A stretch of 57,886 nucleotides of DNA from an uncultured Mucilaginibacter sp. (GTDB taxonomy: Bacteria > Bacteroidota > Bacteroidia > Sphingobacteriales > Sphingobacteriaceae): NCBI GenBank assembly GCA_964657585.1, contig CAZZVY010000001.1:1-57886 (forward strand), in the 5' to 3' direction. The translations under genes and the position numbers were made by a program. Position 1 is the first letter of the stretch. Each line of letters begins with the position of its first letter. Shown piece after piece: positions 10,403 through 19,135 of this stretch. Under the pieces are notes generated by a model. The model did not search any database, was not told where the DNA came from, and worked only from the letters and a program-made list of their open reading frames with translations.

Positions 10403-10786
10403 ATGCGGTTAAAGAAGACACAAACCGAATTAAAGCAAGAAGACTTATTCCGCGCACATAGACAAAGCATAGCAGCAAAAGCCAGGCACAAAGCTAAAAA
10501 AGCCGAAAAGAAAAAGGCTATTAAGGCTAAACGCCTGCCTTATGAAACAACTGAAGAACTTAAAAAACTCTCATATAAAGGATTTTTAAAAAGTAAATAC
10601 TGGAATAAGGTACGAGGGTTAATATTAAAGCGTGACTGTTATAAATGCGTTATCTGCCAAAGTAAAATCAGGCTGGAAGTACACCACGATACTTATATAC
10701 ATCACTTCGACGAATTAAAACACTTATACGACTTAATAACGCTTTGCAATAAATGCCATACAGCGCATCATTACTCACAGAAATAA
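10403..10786 (+). CDS. HNH endonuclease
   Basis: W..VR..IL.RD.YKCVIC...LEVHH...LITLCNKCH. Confidence 0.85.
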   Translation: MRLKKTQTELKQEDLFRAHRQSIAAKARHKAKKAEKKKAIKAKRLPYETTEELKKLSYKGFLKSKYWNKVRGLILKRDCYKCVICQSKIRLEVHHDTYIHHFDELKHLYDLITLCNKCHTAHHYSQK

Positions 10787-11002
10787 AAAACTATTTAAAA
10801 ATAAATAAAATTTAATTTGCATTTAATTAAAATATATTCGTTAAATTTGTCTTATGATTTAAAGCAATGAAAACAACATTAACAGTTACTCCAAAAATGT
10901 TCACTGAAATTATTACTGGCTTAATTATGTCAGGCGTAACGTTTGACGCAGAAGAAGAAAACGGATTTATAGTCATCACTTTTTTAGGGGGGATATTAAA
11001 AA

Positions 11003-11506
11003 ATGAACCAAGCGCAGCGAAATTTTCTTATTAAAAAAATTGAAGATCAGGTAAAGATAACCTGTGACGCTTTAAAAGAACAAAAGCCCGAACAACCTAA
11101 TTTAAATAATTGGTTATTACACGCGGTTTTATCTGATAATTTTGAATTGCAGTCAATTGAAAGTATTAAAGAAACGTTAAGGCAAAAAGCACTAAACGCT
11201 ACAAGGGATGTTAATTGGCTCACTGGCGAAAGAGAAAGCGGATGGGGCGGGAATGGCAGAGGCGTTGGTTTTAAAGTTTCTGAAATTTTTATTTTATCAG
11301 ATGATTATAAACAAAAACGCGACAGCTTTTTAGCAGCATCAAACGGCATTGATGAAAAAATAAAAACAGTCAGGATGCAGGCAGAAACTTTAATTACTCG
11401 AATCCAACTTGCTTCCGATAAAACCCTTGATAAAATGATTAACGAGGTTGACGATATGGGTGACATTTCGCTTATGGATACCAAAATAAGATATTTAAAC
11501 GCATAA
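11003..11506 (+). CDS. Hypothetical helical protein
   Basis: ORF in operon. Confidence 0.7.
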   Translation: MNQAQRNFLIKKIEDQVKITCDALKEQKPEQPNLNNWLLHAVLSDNFELQSIESIKETLRQKALNATRDVNWLTGERESGWGGNGRGVGFKVSEIFILSDDYKQKRDSFLAASNGIDEKIKTVRMQAETLITRIQLASDKTLDKMINEVDDMGDISLMDTKIRYLNA

Positions 11507-11508
11507 TT

Positions 11509-11697
11509 ATGAATCACGGGAATAAAAAATACTTTTTTGAAAAATTACAGAAAGCGGGGGACACGATATTGGTTGAACCTAAAAATATATACTCTTTAAA
11601 AAACCAATTGAAGCTATATAAACGCGATCAAGACCCATCGCTTGAATATGACATAACAGAACAGCGAGGCGGTAAGGTGTTAGTAACACGTCTTTAA
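11509..11697 (+). CDS. Small putative DNA-binding protein
   Basis: KY.F..L..GD...V...V.V.R pattern. Confidence 0.5.
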   Translation: MNHGNKKYFFEKLQKAGDTILVEPKNIYSLKNQLKLYKRDQDPSLEYDITEQRGGKVLVTRL

Positions 11698-11702
11698 TAC
11701 AA

Positions 11703-11897
11703 GTGAGTAAAACAAAAAGTAAGATGAAAACAGAATTTGAATACTTAATATCTCTTATTAATCATGAGATAGATAAAATTGGGGCCGATATGAAGCGTGC
11801 ACAGGCACATAGCGATTACGAGGAAATAGCTTTTTGCAAAGGACAAGAGGAGGCTTATAATAATTGTTTAGCAATGATAGACAAATTAAATGCCTAA
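11703..11897 (+). CDS. Hypothetical protein
   Basis: ORF in operon. Confidence 0.55.
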   Translation: MSKTKSKMKTEFEYLISLINHEIDKIGADMKRAQAHSDYEEIAFCKGQEEAYNNCLAMIDKLNA

Positions 11898-11949
11898 AAC
11901 CTGCTTATACAACAACTGCAATAACCCTGTATTTAGTCACGGCTGGTAA
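11890..11949 (+). pseudogene. 5' stub of a Cys/His-containing gene truncated by the IS
   Basis: MPKTCLYNNCNNPVFSHG runs into the left TIR and stops there. Confidence 0.55.
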
Positions 11950-11985
11950 ATAGGTATAAAGCTATCCTGACCCAAATTTAATTTG

Positions 11986-12041
11986 TTTGACTAACTGACG
12001 AGGCTATTAGAGCCGAAACCGCACCAGCGGTCTTAGTCGAA
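11986..12041 (+). ncRNA. Hammerhead ribozyme, type I
   Basis: Stem I GACUAA/UUAGUC; core CUGACGA (11995-12001); stem II GGCU-auuag-AGCC; GAAA; stem III CCGC-acca-GCGG; cleavage predicted after GUC at C12032. Confidence 0.92.
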
Positions 12042-12184
12042 AGATATAACGTTTAGTAATAACGTACAATTACTGCGACCGTGAAACGTGTACACGGATG
12101 AACCCAAATAGGGGGATTGATTGACAGATAACTAAGAATATTGCATGGTTGATCCGCAAATATTAGTTTACCTGTAATAACGTA
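12033..12184 (+). ncRNA. Predicted 152-nt RNA excised by the flanking hammerheads, function unknown
   Basis: Lies exactly between the two predicted cleavage sites; hairpins AGUAAU/AUUACU and CCGUG/CACGG, plus a long stem at 12124-12175. Confidence 0.6.
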
Positions 12185-12231
12185 TAAGTATGTGCGTACT
12201 TACTGATGAGAATAAAAATTCGAAACGTTAT
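12177..12231 (+). ncRNA. Hammerhead ribozyme, type III
   Basis: Stem III AUAACGU/ACGUUAU; cleavage predicted after GUA at A12184; stem I UAAGUA-ugugcg-UACUUA; core CUGAUGA (12203-12209); stem II GAAU-aaaa-AUUC; GAAA. Confidence 0.9.
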
Positions 12232-12295
12232 AATTAATTTAATAAATTATTTAAAACATGTAATCAATTGGCACACAGTTTGTTATGTTTTTTAT

Positions 12296-13225
12296 ATGAA
12301 AAAAGATAAGCATTTTAGAACAATACTTGACTTAGCTAAGGTTTTCCCCGATGAGCGTTCATGTCACGAATATTTTGCAGAGCGACGCTGGGAGGATGGT
12401 GTTATAAATTGTCCGCATTCACAGTGTGATGGTGAACGGGTTTATGTATATAAAGACGGCATACGTTATAAATGCTGTAAATGTAAGCGCGTCTTTACAG
12501 CTAAAACTGGTACTTTTATGGAGGCCAGTAAATTGCCATCCATTAAGTGGATTTATGCGATGTATCTTTTTCTACACAAAAAAGGAATTAGCAGTTTACA
12601 GCTTGGTAAGGATATTGGCGTTCAGCAAAAAACTGCATGGTTTGTATTGCAGCGTTTGCGCGTAGCTTTAGGAAATGAAGTTGATGAGACATTAAGTGGT
12701 ATTGTAGAAATTGACGAGTGTTTTGTTGGCGGAAAATCGAGATTTAAGCATAAAAACAAGCGGCCTAAATATAATCCCGGTCGTGGCTGGTCTGATAAAA
12801 CTCCTGTATATGGAATGCTGCAAAGAGGTGGCAAACTTAAAGCTGTAGTTGTAACAGATGTGCTGATGCTAACCTTAAAAAAAGCATCTTTAGATCACAT
12901 TGAGAGAGGCACAACCTTATATGGTGACGGCTTTAACGGATATAAAGGCTTAACACTATCCTATAACGTTCAGTGCGTAGATCATGGCAAGGGATTTTAT
13001 GTAGACGGCGATTGCCACACCAATACATTAGAGGGTGCATGGAGCCAGTTTAAAAAGACGCTGGTAGCGACGTATCATAAAACAACAAGAAAACATTTGC
13101 AGGGATATGTAAATGAATTTACATTTAGGTATAACTATCGTAATTTGCACGTTCAGGCACAAATAAATCAGATTATTGAAAATATGGAGTGCCGGTTAAA
13201 GTTAAAAGATTTAAAAGCAGCATAA
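12296..13225 (+). CDS. tnp: IS1595-family (ISXO2-like) DDE transposase
   Basis: Zn ribbon CPHSQC/YKCCKC, HTH, VEIDE, YGDG, HTNTLEGAW, YVNEFTFRYN; start placed at 12296 because the ATG at 12206 lies in the ribozyme core. Confidence 0.93.
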   Translation: MKKDKHFRTILDLAKVFPDERSCHEYFAERRWEDGVINCPHSQCDGERVYVYKDGIRYKCCKCKRVFTAKTGTFMEASKLPSIKWIYAMYLFLHKKGISSLQLGKDIGVQQKTAWFVLQRLRVALGNEVDETLSGIVEIDECFVGGKSRFKHKNKRPKYNPGRGWSDKTPVYGMLQRGGKLKAVVVTDVLMLTLKKASLDHIERGTTLYGDGFNGYKGLTLSYNVQCVDHGKGFYVDGDCHTNTLEGAWSQFKKTLVATYHKTTRKHLQGYVNEFTFRYNYRNLHVQAQINQIIENMECRLKLKDLKAA

Positions 13226-13226
13226 A

Positions 13227-13364
13227 ATGGCAAAAATAACAGCTAAAGTTAAACCCAAGCCAAAAACAAAAAAGGCTTCAACTCCCGCGGCTGCTAATAA
13301 AAGCAGCGGAAACAAGCGTTTAGATAACGCCTTTAGTAAAGCCTTAAAAAAGGGTACTAAGTAG
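13227..13364 (+). CDS. Small Lys-rich protein (45 aa) directly after the transposase, not in the ORF track
   Basis: MAKITAKVKPKPKTKKASTPAAANKSSGNKRLDNAFSKALKKGTK. Confidence 0.5.
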   Translation: MAKITAKVKPKPKTKKASTPAAANKSSGNKRLDNAFSKALKKGTK

Positions 13365-13375
13365 TTTTTTTTAAT

Positions 13376-13936
13376 TCATTTATGAATTATTATATTTTGA
13401 GCATTTACACCGCAACCTCTTAAAAGTACCGTTATGAGTATTCCTATCACCAGCACAATAACACCAGCTATTATTGTTGTCCATATGGAACTGGAGGACT
13501 TGGTTTTATGGATTGCTTTATCGCTAACAGTAGGGTTGCTCATAGGGCTTTTGTTAGCTAAAATGGTATTATCAACTGAAGAATGACTGTGTGCAATAAT
13601 TATATTATTTGCGTTTGTCAAATCATATGAAGACTTATTTTTATCTTCATTATCTCGTAAATATTGCTCGCCATCTGGTGTAATCATAGCTTTAATTATA
13701 ACCTCATCAAGTTCTTTGTATTTACCCTCAAACGTAGTTGTAAGGTTATAATAACCACCGTTTGTCTTAATAAAACCATTGTGATCTAAATGCTCAATGC
13801 AATTTTGAAATTTAAGTTTATCCTCATATGTGGTTAATTTGTTTAAAAAATGAGTTTTAATATCTATCTGTACAGAGGTTGCATCATGGTTTTTTAAATA
13901 TTCCAAAACAATAAACCTTAAAGGTTTTTCTTCCAT
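13376..13936 (-). CDS. IS passenger: winged-helix-like N-terminus with C-terminal TM helix
   Basis: L...GFI...ITPDGEQYL wing pattern; hydrophobic C-terminal helix. Confidence 0.6.
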   Translation of the reverse strand: MEEKPLRFIVLEYLKNHDATSVQIDIKTHFLNKLTTYEDKLKFQNCIEHLDHNGFIKTNGGYYNLTTTFEGKYKELDEVIIKAMITPDGEQYLRDNEDKNKSSYDLTNANNIIIAHSHSSVDNTILANKSPMSNPTVSDKAIHKTKSSSSIWTTIIAGVIVLVIGILITVLLRGCGVNAQNIIIHK

Positions 13937-14023
13937 AATTAGGGTAGTGTATTTTTTATTTTAATCTATCATTAAAGATACTGGCCTGTTACATAATCTA
14001 TTGTATAAACAAACCCAAAATAG

Positions 14024-14239
14024 TTACTTTTCGCAGTATCCGCAAGCATGTCTGTGGTATTTGTGTATGGCATCGTAAATCGATACGCGTACTTCTTTAC
14101 CCTTACAATTCCGAAGACCTTTGCAGTATAAAGATGCATGGTATGCATGCGAATAATTACCCATACAAAGCCAAACACTGTCTTGTTTAGATTGATAAGT
14201 GGTTACTAATAACGATATAGATAAGATAAAGGTTTTCAT
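14024..14239 (-). CDS. IS passenger: small secreted Cys/His metal-binding protein
   Basis: Signal-like N-terminus; V.LC...YH...C.GL.NC...R.ACGYC. Confidence 0.65.
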   Translation of the reverse strand: MKTFILSISLLVTTYQSKQDSVWLCMGNYSHAYHASLYCKGLRNCKGKEVRVSIYDAIHKYHRHACGYCEK

Positions 14240-14714
14240 ATTGGCCTAATAGATAATAAAAATTGCGTATCGTTAATTGTATTTGAATTGGTTTTTAATT
14301 CGTATCTCATATTTCGGCTTTTATAGCAAATATTAATGACAGTATCGTTGATCGCAACAGGTTCTTTTTTATAATTAGATTGCTTAAAAGAATTTAATAT
14401 GGATTGGTATATCTTTTCATCATAGAAATGATAATCAAACTCATATTCTAAATCTCCTTTATTATAAATAGTGTACCAGGCTAACGCCTTATCTTTATTA
14501 TAACTATCGCCAAAATATCCCCAGATTAAACTTGTAAATCCATATTCATTTGGTTGTGTTTTTCCATGAAATTTCCAACCTTTTTTTATAAGTAATGAGT
14601 TTATATTAACAAGTGGTTTATTTGGAATATTTAATAGTTCAGAAACGGTCAAATTTTGGCAATATGACGCCGTGCATAAAAGGCATAGGACTGCCAGTGG
14701 GAAGAAGATTTTCA
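14236..14714 (-). CDS. IS passenger: secreted protein
   Basis: MKIFFPLAVLCLLCTASYCQ signal peptide; start reassigned from 14736. Confidence 0.65.
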
Positions 14715-14720
14715 TTTTTT

Positions 14721-14871
14721 TTGTCGTGTGTGGCAATAAATATGGCGTGGACTAATATATCTGCGCTGCCACGGGACACGACTCCCTACCATGCACAAAG
14801 AAATAGCCACGCCATGACGGCGTACTAAAGCTTTGTATTGCATGGTGCTAAATTGTCGTGTAATTGGCAGC
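14721..14871 (-). promoter_or_regulatory. C4/CI-like alternative-pairing RNA element, copy 1
   Basis: Nested inverted repeats GCTGCCA/TGGCAGC, ACACGAC/GTCGTGT and ACCATGCA/TGCATGGT; competing stem ATGGCGTGG/CCACGCCAT. Confidence 0.55.
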
Positions 14872-14945
14872 AATACTAAACGTAGTACAATACGTTTGAG
14901 TTATAACCAGACGGTTACTATGTTTGAAGTTCTTCTTTTTCCATT

Positions 14946-15112
14946 GTTGGTACTTTAGAGGGTTAATAAAATAAGAATGGCGTAACTACAATATCTTCGC
15001 CGCTCAAGGGGTACCAAACCCTATCAGCAAAAAGACGTAGCTACGCCAATAAAGTAAACGTTACTAAGTCTTTCTATGCTGAACGGGGTTAAGGCTGGTA
15101 CTTTGGAGCGGC
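14946..15112 (-). promoter_or_regulatory. C4/CI-like alternative-pairing RNA element, copy 2
   Basis: GCCGCTC/GAGCGGC, GTACCA/TGGTAC, AACCC/GGGTT, TCAGCA/TGCTGA, AAAGAC/GTCTTT; competing stem TGGCGTAACTAC/GTAGCTACGCCA. Confidence 0.55.
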
Positions 15113-15294
15113 AAAAAATTCTTAGCGTAATATTTGCTTTAAATGTAAGGAGAGTATCTTATATTATCAAGTGGTATAAATACCTTAATTTTAAACTATA
15201 ATGTTTTATTATATTGTTGCTTTTTTAGAAAAAACCTTCAACTTAAAGTGTTTCTTTAAGTCAATAAAATAGGATAGATTTATACCTAATTACC

Positions 15295-15398
15295 CTAATA
15301 AGGGTAGTATAGTTCCAAATGTTGCTCCTTTAAATGACAACGGATATACATTCCCTGAAATCGCCGATTGGATAGAAGAAAATGTAGAATTTATTTAG
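15295..15398 (+). pseudogene. 3' remnant of a paralog of 23063..23398
   Basis: Encodes ...LNDNGYTFPEIADWIEENVEFI*; 15349-15392 matches 23349-23392 at 43/44 nt. Confidence 0.7.
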
Positions 15399-15404
15399 CC
15401 AACT

Positions 15405-15605
15405 ATGAAACAACTAACCGGCAACGCACAGTTAAACGCTACCCTGTGTAACCTTTACGCACACGCTGAATTAACAAGTAAGGTCTATACTTCAAGTAAA
15501 GACTTATTTATAGATATGAGAGCGGAACAGGCGGCTACAGAACGCGATAAAGAACGGGAGGATAGTTTTGAACGCTTGTCTGAATGTTTGTTTTTAAATT
15601 ACTAA
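15405..15605 (+). CDS. Hypothetical protein
   Basis: ORF in operon. Confidence 0.55.
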   Translation: MKQLTGNAQLNATLCNLYAHAELTSKVYTSSKDLFIDMRAEQAATERDKEREDSFERLSECLFLNY

Positions 15606-15616
15606 GAATTTAAGTT

Positions 15617-15961
15617 ATGAGTTTCACGCTAAAAAGAACGGTACAGTGCGCTAAATGCCCTTGGAAAAAGTCAACAAATCCATTAGATATACCTGACGGG
15701 TATTCGGTTGAAAAACATCAGCACTTGAAGTGTACAATTGCCACTGATCCGGTTCAAAGTATTTTTAAACCTACCAGTGTAATGGCTTGCCACCATTCAG
15801 ATGGCGACGACGAGATGTATTGCATAGGTTGGCTTAATAATCAATTGGGAGCTGGAAGCAATATTGGTTTAAGGATTAAATTTATGTCATGCACCAATTC
15901 AAAAGATATAAAAACTAAAGGAAAGCAACATTTAAAATTTGAGGATACCTTACCAAAATAA
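15617..15961 (+). CDS. Cys/His-rich protein (DUF6283-like)
   Basis: CAKCPW...MACH...CIGWL. Confidence 0.65.
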   Translation: MSFTLKRTVQCAKCPWKKSTNPLDIPDGYSVEKHQHLKCTIATDPVQSIFKPTSVMACHHSDGDDEMYCIGWLNNQLGAGSNIGLRIKFMSCTNSKDIKTKGKQHLKFEDTLPK

Positions 15962-16197
15962 TCATGGATAAGTTAACAGCCATAGCAAACAAACAGCGTC
16001 ACACTGTAAAACCAATTAAATACTGGCAGGTTGTTTCTTATCACGGCAATTTAGGACCGAAGGTAATTGACCAAAACAACAACATAGCATTTTTACGCGC
16101 CAAATATGGTAATAGTGTAGTATATAAACCTGTAAGATAAAAATAAGCAATTAACAATAATTTACATAAACATTAAAAAACCGCTAAAGGTAAGAAA

Positions 16198-16851
16198 ATG
16201 GCAATCAACGCAACAACAAACAGTGCTCCACGAGAGCTGATCGAAGCAGGGCTACATATGGCCCGGTGCTACAAAATGGTTCAGGTAGGAACCGTTAGGG
16301 AATTATTTAAGGGCGAATATAAAACCATGCAAAAAATACGCATAGGTTGGGAATTGCCTGAATTATTAAAAGTGTTTAAAGAGGGAACCGGCCCGCAGCC
16401 CCGCGTATTTGAACAGGAGTTTACGCTTTCAATGGGCGAAAAGGCAAACTTACGTAAGATACTTACTTCATGGCGCGGACGTGCTTTTACTGAAGAAGAA
16501 GCAAAATGCTTTGATGTTACAAAACTTATCGGCGTTCCATGCCTATTAAACATCACTCACAAGCCGTCAAAAAGTGATCCAACTAAAATTTACGAAGACA
16601 TAAGCGGGATTACACCACTTATGAAAGGACAAAAATGTCCTCCACAGGTTAACCCGTCTTTTATTTTATCATTCGATGAATGGGACGAAAACAAGTTTAA
16701 CAGTTTGCCGGATTTCGTTAAGGATAAAATTAAAACCAGTTTAGAATATCAGGCAATGCAAACAAAGGCGCAAAATTTGTTTGTTGGTGATGATGGACTA
16801 CCCAAAGACCTGCCAGCTGATTTTTATGACGACGAAGATATCCCTTTTTGA
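16198..16851 (+). CDS. Phage ssDNA-binding protein-like
   Basis: Beta-rich core with an acidic tail DDEDIPF, as in SSB C-termini. Confidence 0.65.
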   Translation: MAINATTNSAPRELIEAGLHMARCYKMVQVGTVRELFKGEYKTMQKIRIGWELPELLKVFKEGTGPQPRVFEQEFTLSMGEKANLRKILTSWRGRAFTEEEAKCFDVTKLIGVPCLLNITHKPSKSDPTKIYEDISGITPLMKGQKCPPQVNPSFILSFDEWDENKFNSLPDFVKDKIKTSLEYQAMQTKAQNLFVGDDGLPKDLPADFYDDEDIPF

Positions 16852-17070
16852 TGTTGTAAAATTTAAACAATATGAGGAGGCGACAGAATACCGTTACCTC
16901 CTCATAAATAAAAAAGTTGAAATTGGCGATTACGTTTATATCAAAGAAAATGGATATTTTACAGCTATTCAAAGAGTGTTGCATCATGCCCAACTTGATT
17001 ACGATTACCCAATAGTAGAAAAAACAAACAACCCAAATTACGAAGCAATTTACAATAAAGAATTTTAAAA

Positions 17071-17535
17071 ATGGAAACAGAACAATCAACCGGATTAACC
17101 ATAACACCGGCAAGCCTTAAAACGCTTACTAAAACCGATATAACAGAACTTTCACGCAATATAGTGTATGATTACCTTGAGGGGTATAAAAGTCCCGCAG
17201 AGGGCTTATTTTTCGCTAAGAAACTAAAAGAACTGGCCGAACAAGTGGAGGAAAACCTTAAAGGCGCAGCAGCCGACGAGTTAAAGCTGTCAAAAGGGGA
17301 AAAGCGCGAATTTATGGGTGCAACTGTTAATGAGCAAATGGTCGGCGTTCGTTACGACTACGCTTCTACAGGTGATAAGCAATGGATTGAACTTAATGCC
17401 AAATTGAAGGATCGTGAAAAGTTTTTACAAGGCATAAAAGGCAGCGTTATACTGGTTGATGAAGGAACCGGCGAAGTCTACACGGTTTTTGAGCCTGTAA
17501 AAAGTGGAAAGATGTCGCTTATTTTCAAATATTAA
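17071..17535 (+). CDS. Conserved hypothetical protein (recombination region)
   Basis: ORF between the SSB-like and RusA-like genes. Confidence 0.65.
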   Translation: METEQSTGLTITPASLKTLTKTDITELSRNIVYDYLEGYKSPAEGLFFAKKLKELAEQVEENLKGAAADELKLSKGEKREFMGATVNEQMVGVRYDYASTGDKQWIELNAKLKDREKFLQGIKGSVILVDEGTGEVYTVFEPVKSGKMSLIFKY

Positions 17536-17631
17536 AATGAGCAGCGAAACATTCCTTAATGGATTAGCAACAGGTTTGGCGTTTCCATCTGAATATATTA
17601 AACCTGTAAAACCTGTTAAAATTAAAAGGCC

Positions 17632-18150
17632 ATGAGTAAATCAAACCCAACATTCGCCGATTTAGCTAAAAAAGGCTTTGCTATGAAGGACGGCGTTATG
17701 AAAAAGATTGAGCCGGTAAAAGGTAAAGATAAAAAATTGCCTGTTTTTACAATTGACCTAAATAAAATACCCGAATTGACACCCGATGAAATTTATGACA
17801 AGTTTAAAGATTTAAAACTATCAGACTACACCACAATTGGTATTAAACCAATGACAGTCAACCGGGCGTGGCGGGGTAAGCGATTTAAAACCCCGCAGTA
17901 CAATAATTATTGTAAAGAAGTTTCTGCCATGCTGCCTGCTAATATAGTTATTCCCGAAGGCTTATTGAAGGTTTATTATGAATTCGGAATGAGTACCAAT
18001 TCTGATTTTGATAACCCGGTTAAACCTTTTCAAGATATTTTACAGGCCAAATACCATTTTAACGATAGTAAAATAATTGAAGCGGTAATTAGGAAGGTTG
18101 TAGTAAAAAAGGGCGAAGAGTATATCAAATTTAAGATTGAAAGTTTATGA
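17632..18150 (+). CDS. rusA: RusA-like Holliday junction resolvase
   Basis: PMTVN..W...SDFDNPVKPFQDIL...NDSKI. Confidence 0.7.
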   Translation: MSKSNPTFADLAKKGFAMKDGVMKKIEPVKGKDKKLPVFTIDLNKIPELTPDEIYDKFKDLKLSDYTTIGIKPMTVNRAWRGKRFKTPQYNNYCKEVSAMLPANIVIPEGLLKVYYEFGMSTNSDFDNPVKPFQDILQAKYHFNDSKIIEAVIRKVVVKKGEEYIKFKIESL

Positions 18151-18344
18151 CAACTAAAATCCCATACCTACAGCAAAAAAATCATTTGATGTATATGCTC
18201 GAACACCACCAAAACAACTGCCTCAACTATTTAGATTTGGACAGGATGGTAGATGACATTCAAACATTGTACGACTTCGATCAAAAATATGTTGCCCACT
18301 ACCGCGAAAAGATTCAGATGTTAGAATGTGTTACCTGGAATTAA
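18147..18344 (+). CDS. Hypothetical protein
   Basis: ATGA overlap with the rusA-like gene. Confidence 0.5.
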   Translation: MTTKIPYLQQKNHLMYMLEHHQNNCLNYLDLDRMVDDIQTLYDFDQKYVAHYREKIQMLECVTWN

Positions 18345-18804
18345 AAAGATTATGAAAATACAAAACATTTTAAATAAAGATTTAAATACCATGAGGGCCA
18401 TCCTTTATTTATTCCACCCAGAAGCGCCTGCTGTTGATGATAAAAAGTTAGCTGATATGTGCCGAAATGGTAGCTATGACTGGGTTGGAATATCTGGAAA
18501 TATTAAAGGATATGGTAAAATTGATATTTTGATAGACAACGGTCATGATACTACAGGTATGTACGGTTCTGGATGGAATATTGAAGACTTTGAAGAAAGG
18601 CAACCTAAAATGGTATTTAATATTTGGCGAACTTCAATGGATAAAATGCCTACTAATGATTTAACCGTATATGATCAGTCATCACGAGAATTCACCAATT
18701 CAGAAAGTTACAAACTTCGCCCTCAATATACAAAAATCATTACAAACGCAGGATATGAAACATTATCAGCTAAAGAATGGATGGAAGAATATTATTCGGA
18801 TTAA
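18328..18804 (+). CDS. Hypothetical protein
   Basis: ORF in operon; start uncertain. Confidence 0.6.
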   Translation: MLPGIKKIMKIQNILNKDLNTMRAILYLFHPEAPAVDDKKLADMCRNGSYDWVGISGNIKGYGKIDILIDNGHDTTGMYGSGWNIEDFEERQPKMVFNIWRTSMDKMPTNDLTVYDQSSREFTNSESYKLRPQYTKIITNAGYETLSAKEWMEEYYSD

Positions 18805-18946
18805 TATTAAAAGCTATGAAAAATCAAACAACTACCAAAAAACCGGAACCCATCATTACACCATCACCCCGCGTAATAGCGGGTACGAACGGAACTGTTG
18901 CCGGGTTAAAAGCACTGGCCGCATCTTTAGAAAGGAGTAGGTTAAA

Positions 18947-19135
18947 ATGAGATTTACAGTAAGGTATGAGGTTGGCCCATATAATGGAGCAATGATAGTA
19001 AATGCAGTGGATTCCGAAGATGCTATTGCAATAGTTAGAACTCAAATCCGCAAGGACGTGACAATCACTATGTATAGTGAAAGTTATAGGGTTGTTTGCA
19101 TTGAAGATAATTGGGATTTAGACAAAGAATGGTAG
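18947..19135 (+). CDS. Hypothetical protein
   Basis: ORF in operon. Confidence 0.55.
   Translation: MRFTVRYEVGPYNGAMIVNAVDSEDAIAIVRTQIRKDVTITMYSESYRVVCIEDNWDLDKEW

Larger units (their letters stand above)
11945..15294 (+). mobile_element. IS1595-family element carrying passenger genes (3350 bp)
   Basis: TIRs GGTAAATAGGTATAAAGCTATCCT (11945-11968) and AGGATAGATTTATACCTAATTACC (15271-15294), 22/24 inverted match; encodes a transposase; no target-site duplication. Confidence 0.9.

Noticed and set aside
12268-12284. TTGGCAC-N5-TTGT as a sigma54 promoter for tnp
   Set aside because: The -12 element is imperfect and this is a single instance; too weak to call
12206-12295. 30-aa N-terminal extension of the transposase in the ORF track
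   Set aside because: Its ATG is part of the CUGAUGA ribozyme core; the family-like sequence starts at MKKDK (12296)
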